Assembly (NCBI GenBank): GCA_019634005.1
Contig: JAHQWD010000003.1
Span: 240,539-304,538 of the forward strand
Direction of reading: 5' to 3'
DNA from: Candidatus Kaiserbacteria bacterium
GTDB taxonomy: Bacteria > Patescibacteriota > Minisyncoccia > Phycocordibacterales > UBA918
Length of the DNA: 64,000 nt
The notes beneath the pieces are model-generated. The model had not been told where the DNA came from. It saw nothing but the letters and a program-made list of their open reading frames with translations, and ran no database searches. Each line of letters opens with the position of its first letter. Position 1 is the first letter of the stretch. The position numbers and the translations under genes are program-made. Shown one piece after another: positions 58,973 to 64,000 of the stretch.

Positions 58973-59701
58973 ATGAAAAAGCTTCTCGTGACTACTACCC
59001 TGCTGGCAACAGCAGTATCTCTGCCAGCAACCGCTGGCGCCACCATAACCACCAAGGTGCTCGACAAATATCTCGGCACCAACGGTGCCGTCTTCCACAG
59101 CGGGACGGTCGTGCAGTCTGACATCTTTGTCACCCTCGGCGGCGGTTTTTATACCGACGTGTGGGTGTCCTATGCCGCCCAAGGTAGTTGGCAATCCACC
59201 TTCGGCGACGAAGTCGACCTGACCCTCGGGTGGGCCGATACTGTCGGTGCGTTTAATGTTGACGTAGGCGCAGCCTACTTCAACATCGCTGACGATGGCA
59301 CGGGGATGGGTGACGTGCTTCAATTCTACCTGACCGTCGACCACCCGATCAAGGTCGGGAGGTCGACAGTCTCACCGTTCGTACGAGCTGAAGTCTATAC
59401 CTCATCGAAGTCGGGCGACAACCCCGACAACGGCCAGTTTTTCCGCGGTGGCGTGATGTATTCGACTCCGCTTGCCGAAAAGTGGGGCCTCAGCGGGAAG
59501 GCTCAGGTGTCCTACGACACAGGCGCTTTCGGTTTCACACCCGGCACCTTTGCCGACGTGGACGCAAAGGTCACCTATGCGGTAACAGAGAGTTTCTCAA
59601 TCTCGGCATACGGGAAAATCTCAACGCCGATCTCGACGAAAGCCAGCGACACGCGGTCTACCGAGACAGCGTTTGGCATGATCACCTCCTGGTCTTTCTA
59701 A
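58973..59701 (+). CDS. Secreted outer-membrane beta-barrel-like protein (TorF/TIGR02001-like pattern)
   Basis: Sec signal peptide, amphipathic beta strands, GFY..VW.S, EVDLT.GW, DVG..YF, C-terminal W-S-F. Confidence 0.7.
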   Translation: MKKLLVTTTLLATAVSLPATAGATITTKVLDKYLGTNGAVFHSGTVVQSDIFVTLGGGFYTDVWVSYAAQGSWQSTFGDEVDLTLGWADTVGAFNVDVGAAYFNIADDGTGMGDVLQFYLTVDHPIKVGRSTVSPFVRAEVYTSSKSGDNPDNGQFFRGGVMYSTPLAEKWGLSGKAQVSYDTGAFGFTPGTFADVDAKVTYAVTESFSISAYGKISTPISTKASDTRSTETAFGMITSWSF

Positions 59702-59756
59702 GAGGAACAGCACGTTCCTCTCTTGGCGCCCCAACACCTCGTTGGGGCGCTTTTTC
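59701..59756 (+). terminator. Tandem hairpins and terminator
   Basis: AGAGGAAC/GTTCCTCT, then GCGCCCCAAC-acctc-GTTGGGGCGC-TTTTT. Confidence 0.8.
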
Positions 59757-59872
59757 ATACCTGTTTATAACGTCGATTGACCCTTCTGGGTGGTACTATA
59801 ATGAATATGTAGGGTTTTGACACAACTTTCATTGTTGTCAAAACACGTTTTATACAATTAACCTTAGCTGCT

Positions 59873-60256
59873 ATGGAACTTACAATGATGCTTGCTTCAT
59901 ACATCGGACCAGTCGTGCTTGTGCTCGGCCTTGGATTCCTTGTAAGCAAGGACTACTATCGCAAGGTGTACAAGCGCCTTGATGACGAGACACTTGCGAT
60001 GTACATGATTACTATCCTTATGCTCGTATTTGGTCTCTTTGTGGTAATGAATCACAATCTCTGGGGATCACTTGAGGAGGTAATTGTCTCACTCATCGGT
60101 TGGGGTACACTTATCAAAGGTATTATCCTTGGTATTGTGCCAAAACACTTCGAAAAGCTCGGAGAGAAGTGGGTTACACCTGGACTCATTAACGCATACG
60201 GCGTGATTATGATTGTTGTTGGTGCATACCTTACTTTGGGAGCATTTGGTGGATAA
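59873..60256 (+). CDS. Hypothetical 4-TM membrane protein
   Basis: GL..V..HN.W......IGW...KG pattern; terminator at 60274-60302. Confidence 0.75.
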   Translation: MELTMMLASYIGPVVLVLGLGFLVSKDYYRKVYKRLDDETLAMYMITILMLVFGLFVVMNHNLWGSLEEVIVSLIGWGTLIKGIILGIVPKHFEKLGEKWVTPGLINAYGVIMIVVGAYLTLGAFGG

Positions 60257-60384
60257 ACTATCCATTTTTTCACAAAAACACCACCTTTGAGGTGGTGTTT
60301 TTGTTTGACCCCTCCCCTCCTCTCGTGTATAACAGGAGACAGTTGAAAATTTTTTCTGATCTCAAAACGATGGAGGGTGAGATT

Positions 60385-60804
60385 ATGGATGGTCAGGGCA
60401 CAGTAACGAGAAACAGGGGCTCCCTGCGGGAGAATCTGGGATATGTGATCAGATTCACTGTCCTCAGATTTGAATTCTTCATGTTTTTTCTGAGTTCTGA
60501 AGGAAGATCGTGGATAACATACCTAGGTCTCCGAGAGGAGCGCTGGGAGCGAGACGGTCTGGAACCACTTGTGCATCTTCTTGTCGAAGAGCATTTGAAG
60601 ATCCCCTACATACTTGCATGGGTGAATCATCGTGGTTTCCACATTGACGGGAACGCAGCAAAGACCCGTAGGCCTATTAGGTTTTTTGGGCTTTATAAAA
60701 AAGTGCGGATGCGGGAACCTGTGAGTCTTGCCCAGATCGAAGGGGAACTCAGGAAAATCCTCAGCGCAATGCGGGCAGAGGCCTCTAAACTACACCGCAG
60801 CTAG
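60385..60804 (+). CDS. Orphan hypothetical protein
   Basis: TTGACC-17-TATAAC promoter, GGAGGG SD, terminator at 60809-60841. Confidence 0.55.
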   Translation: MDGQGTVTRNRGSLRENLGYVIRFTVLRFEFFMFFLSSEGRSWITYLGLREERWERDGLEPLVHLLVEEHLKIPYILAWVNHRGFHIDGNAAKTRRPIRFFGLYKKVRMREPVSLAQIEGELRKILSAMRAEASKLHRS

Positions 60805-60990
60805 TCGGGAAGGGTCGTTCAATTCGGAACGACCCCTTTTTCATATGCACATTCCTTCTTACACAATGCATGTTTGGCACTGTCCATATGCTACACTAAA
60901 AATAGGTCGATGGTGTATGAAAGACTCCGTTGCGCAGCCATTCATGCACACAAAAGAAGTACTTCTTTTATTCGCATAAATTTCAAAACT

Positions 60991-61209
60991 ATGATGAGAT
61001 TAAGCGGAATTGATTGGATTGCTATTGTCCTCGTCATTATCGGAGGATTGAACTGGGGACTTGTTGGAATCTTTGATTTCAACCTTGTAACCGCAATCTT
61101 CGGAGACATGTCTTCACTATCACGAGTTATCTATGCACTCGTTGGACTTTCTGCCCTCGTGCTTATCTACACCACATCAAAGATGCGTGGTGGAAATGGC
61201 ATGATGTAG
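60991..61209 (+). CDS. DUF378 family protein
   Basis: LVIIGGLNWGLVG.F.FNLV..IFG....SR.IY.LVGLSA. Confidence 0.93.
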   Translation: MMRLSGIDWIAIVLVIIGGLNWGLVGIFDFNLVTAIFGDMSSLSRVIYALVGLSALVLIYTTSKMRGGNGMM

Positions 61210-61267
61210 GATTCGTCCTTCTTTCACAACACATCTCTGATGTGTTGTGGCTAGAGCGTCGAAATAT

Positions 61268-61882
61268 ATGATGTATAAAATCCTTATCACCCTTATTGCC
61301 CTCGCTGTTCTCTGGACAGCCGTGAGCTATTTCTTTGAACGGAATATAGAAGAACCTGCGTATGAGGTACTTGAAGTCCGTGATGGTTACGAAATACGTA
61401 CCTATGAGCCGTACATAGTTGCGCAGGTGGATCTGCCAGACCTCCCCTACCAAGAGGCGCTTGGTGAAGGATTCACCATCCTTGCGGACTATATCTTTGG
61501 AAACAACGTTGCACAGCAAGAATTTGCGATGACCGCGCCCGTCTTCGTTGCAGAGGATGAATCTGAGGAACTTGCGATGACCGCCCCAGTATTTGTGGAG
61601 CCACAGACCATGTCCTTTGTCATGCCAAGTACGTATACATTAGAGACACTGCCGCTTCCCAAAGACGATCGCATAACACTCTTTGAAGTACCCGAACGAA
61701 CCGTTGCCGTACTTACCTTCTCTTGGTGGCGTACCGAGGCACGTGTGCGAGAGAAAGAAGCGCTTTTAAAGAGCTATCTTGAACGTGATGGAGAATCTGT
61801 CGGGAAGATAGAATACGCTGGATACAACGCTCCCTTTACCGCGCCATGGCTTAATCGGAATGAGATCCTCATAGAGATATGA
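61268..61882 (+). CDS. SOUL heme-binding family protein
   Basis: E.P.Y.V, EIR.Y, GF..LA.YIFG.N, AMTAPV, YN.P.T.PW..RNE. Confidence 0.92.
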   Translation: MMYKILITLIALAVLWTAVSYFFERNIEEPAYEVLEVRDGYEIRTYEPYIVAQVDLPDLPYQEALGEGFTILADYIFGNNVAQQEFAMTAPVFVAEDESEELAMTAPVFVEPQTMSFVMPSTYTLETLPLPKDDRITLFEVPERTVAVLTFSWWRTEARVREKEALLKSYLERDGESVGKIEYAGYNAPFTAPWLNRNEILIEI

Positions 61883-62382
61883 AAAAGGTCACCGTGAACG
61901 ACACGATGCAGAAAGGTTACACCTATATCCTCAAAGAACCTGCAGGACGAAACTTTGCAAAAGATTTCAAACCAGATCTGACACCGAAAGAGATGCTAGA
62001 GCTTGGTGTCTTTGGAGGTAAATATATGACGGATTGTATAAAAGAGTTTCCAAAGAGCTGGTTTGCCCGCGCAAAACTCTCTCCCGAAAAACACGACGAT
62101 TCTCTGAACTATTTTGGTATTCACGCAAGTCAACCGCTCTCTGTTTGGAAAAAGAAAGGGTGGATATACAAGGAAGACCCACGAGGATGGTTTCAGTGGT
62201 ATTGTCGGTACTACATGGGACGTCGTATCCCAGAGGAAGACGAACGACAAATTAAGCGATGGCGGGCAATGAATCGACACATTGCTCAACTGCAAAATGG
62301 ATGTAGACGAGGAGATGAAGGATGTCAGCCGCGAAGACGACAGGCACTCCTCCACTGGGCATACGATAGTCGGAAGCTATGA
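61879..62382 (+). CDS. Conserved hypothetical protein
   Basis: F.PDLTP.EML.LGVFGG.Y, DPRGWFQWYCRY..GRR, RQ.LLHW. Confidence 0.8.
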   Translation: MKKVTVNDTMQKGYTYILKEPAGRNFAKDFKPDLTPKEMLELGVFGGKYMTDCIKEFPKSWFARAKLSPEKHDDSLNYFGIHASQPLSVWKKKGWIYKEDPRGWFQWYCRYYMGRRIPEEDERQIKRWRAMNRHIAQLQNGCRRGDEGCQPRRRQALLHWAYDSRKL

Positions 62383-63170
62383 AAAAATACGTCACGATAG
62401 AAAAGAAAGTTGGAGAGACACCGCTTGTTGCATTGGAGAAATACCGAAGTGCACACTCACACCTAGAGAGAGTACCGATGGCATATGCGGGACGCCTTGA
62501 TCCTATGGCTTCAGGGAGACTTCTCCTACTGATTGGAGAAGAGTGTAAACAGCAAGAGAAATATCATGGTTTGGATAAAGCATACGAGTTCTCTGTCCTC
62601 TTTGATGTTTCTTCTGATACTGGAGATGTGCTGGGGAGGCTTTCATATAGAGCTCCTTCTTCGATAGAGAGTCTCAAGGGGGTTGTAAAAAATGTAAAAG
62701 GAGATATTACGCTCCCCTACCCACACTTCTCTTCCAAGACTGTCGAAGGAAAGCCTCTCCATGTCTGGACTCTTGAAGGAAGAGTCGGAGAGATAGATAT
62801 ACCAACGTACACTGCCACGATCTATCAATTACGTTTACAAAATACTGAGACAAAGACTGGTGCGGAGATTGCAGACGAGGCACTCCAAAAAATTGAAACC
62901 ATTCCTCCCGTTACAGAAGAATCCAAGGCACTGGGGAGAGATTTCAGGCGGGATGATGTGCGCTCTGATTGGAAGGTATTTAGGGAAATGCATGGGAACG
63001 ATATTTATACTATCGCCCACTTCTCCTGTGTGTGCAGTAGCGGTGCGTATATGCGCACTCTCGCGGAAGAAATTGCAAAGAAAGTTGGTACTGAGGGGTT
63101 GGCGTATAGTATCCATCGGACGAAGATTGGGAGATATGTGGGGTTTGGGATATGGTCTAAAACGTATTGA
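62379..63170 (+). CDS. Second TruB-like pseudouridine synthase
   Basis: K..GETP, YAGRLDPMASG, DT.D.LG, SSG.YMR.LA, I.RT.IG. Confidence 0.85.
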   Translation: MKKYVTIEKKVGETPLVALEKYRSAHSHLERVPMAYAGRLDPMASGRLLLLIGEECKQQEKYHGLDKAYEFSVLFDVSSDTGDVLGRLSYRAPSSIESLKGVVKNVKGDITLPYPHFSSKTVEGKPLHVWTLEGRVGEIDIPTYTATIYQLRLQNTETKTGAEIADEALQKIETIPPVTEESKALGRDFRRDDVRSDWKVFREMHGNDIYTIAHFSCVCSSGAYMRTLAEEIAKKVGTEGLAYSIHRTKIGRYVGFGIWSKTY

Positions 63171-63204
63171 CTCCCCCACCACACTCTGCTATTATCCACC
63201 CACT

Positions 63205-63378
63205 ATGTCACAGGATAAACTCATACGAATGGTGTCTGAAGGCGACGAAAAAGGCGTTGGTAAAGGACATATCTACTATACGCGCAAGAATAAGAAGAAG
63301 CACGCGCAGACGAAATTTGAATTCAAGAAATTCAATCCCGTAGCAAAAACACACACTGTCTACAAGGAAAAGAAATAA
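63205..63378 (+). CDS. rpmG: 50S ribosomal protein L33 (Cys-free form)
   Basis: G..Y.T.KNK.....K.E.KKF.P....H..Y.E.K; terminator at 63377-63404. Confidence 0.9.
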   Translation: MSQDKLIRMVSEGDEKGVGKGHIYYTRKNKKKHAQTKFEFKKFNPVAKTHTVYKEKK

Positions 63379-63403
63379 AAAAAGCGGCAATTGCCGCTTT
63401 TTT

Positions 63404-64000
63404 TTATTTCACATCCTTCGTCTTATCGTATACACCCTTTTGGGCAAAAGAGTTCATGCGTGTTCTAAAGAGTAGCGCCTTTTGTGCCAATTCGATATTC
63501 TCTTCTTTCCCTTGCCAAGCGGTAAGTACAGGCTCCTCAAGCGCACGAGAGAATGAGGAAGAAATTGGCCATGGCTGTTCTCCTTTTTGTGCAATGGCAT
63601 TAAGGTTTTCAGTTGCACGCTTTGCGGTCTGGCCGCCCGAGAGGAATACGACCCCTCCGATATCATGTGGGATACTCAAATGAAACGCCCGAAGTGTTGC
63701 GTCTGCAACCTGCTCAGGTGTCGACTGCTCTTTATATTGGTCTCCTGCAAGCACCATGGAGGTCTTCAGTATCAGTCCCTTTAGATCCACCTTATACTGC
63801 CGCAGTGTTGCAAAAAGAATCTGAAGTGTACGCATACTTACCTCTTCTGCTCTCTGTATTGTGTGATCTCCTGCAAAGATAACTTCTGGCTCTACAATTG
63901 GCACAAGGTGTGCTCCTTGTGCAATCTGAGCATACCGTGCAAGCATGACCGCATTCATCTCTATACACGCATCAGTCGGTATATCTTCTGCGATTGTAAT
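63404..64000 (-). CDS. Class I fructose-bisphosphate aldolase (5' part lies beyond the window)
   Basis: LARYA...Q...LVPIVEPEV, LK.SMV, FLSGGQ, SFSRAL; frame open to the window edge. Confidence 0.92.
   Translation of the reverse strand: MTIAEDIPTDACIEMNAVMLARYAQIAQGAHLVPIVEPEVIFAGDHTIQRAEEVSMRTLQILFATLRQYKVDLKGLILKTSMVLAGDQYKEQSTPEQVADATLRAFHLSIPHDIGGVVFLSGGQTAKRATENLNAIAQKGEQPWPISSSFSRALEEPVLTAWQGKEENIELAQKALLFRTRMNSFAQKGVYDKTKDVK

Noticed and set aside
60900..60960. Fluoride riboswitch resemblance (GGTCGATGGTG)
   Set aside because: The downstream conserved elements and pseudoknot pairing were not found; kept only as a generic structured leader
61523..61597. Duplicated AMTAPVFV segment
   Set aside because: Short in-frame duplication commonly seen in SOUL proteins; not a CRISPR or DGR repeat
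62860..63378. 172-aa ORF suggesting an extended or fused L33
   Set aside because: The real start is ATG 63205, after a TTGACT-17-TATTAT promoter; the upstream part overlaps the TruB-like gene in another frame
1..64000. CRISPR array, rRNA, intron, transposase, integrase or reverse transcriptase
   Set aside because: No regularly spaced repeats or recognisable motifs were seen by eye

Overview
64 kb of a gene-dense bacterial chromosome that uses the standard genetic code. Its gene content points to a Patescibacteria/CPR organism, most likely Parcubacteria (inference): short ProRS, class I LysRS, class I aldolase, degenerate PriA, PIF1 helicase, L9 present, mreB-mreC-mrdA, a mini-dcw cluster and almost no biosynthesis. 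Most of the window is housekeeping: translation, replication, cell wall, ion transport and redox. Two tRNA genes (Glu-CTC, Asn-GTT) are each followed by accessory DNA. No CRISPR, rRNA, transposase or integrase is visible. Four patterns stand out. (1) Housekeeping genes are almost uniformly preceded by TGnTAnnnT-N6-10-ATG with no Shine-Dalgarno, suggesting leaderless transcription. (2) About ten orphan genes sit between core genes as autonomous units, most with a TTGAC promoter, an SD and a terminator. They include an outer-membrane beta-barrel-like protein and an unannotated lipobox peptide, both unexpected in a presumed monoderm epibiont. (3) Both tRNA loci carry roughly 0.5-kb integrase-free single-gene cassettes. 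These share an inverted 9-mer (TTCAGAACT...AGTTCTGAA) whose right copy ends 18 nt before a repeated tRNA 3'-end. (4) A rhodanese, CsoR/CstR-like repressor and peroxiredoxin module has a perfect operator palindrome. All product calls come from motif recognition by eye, with no database searches.
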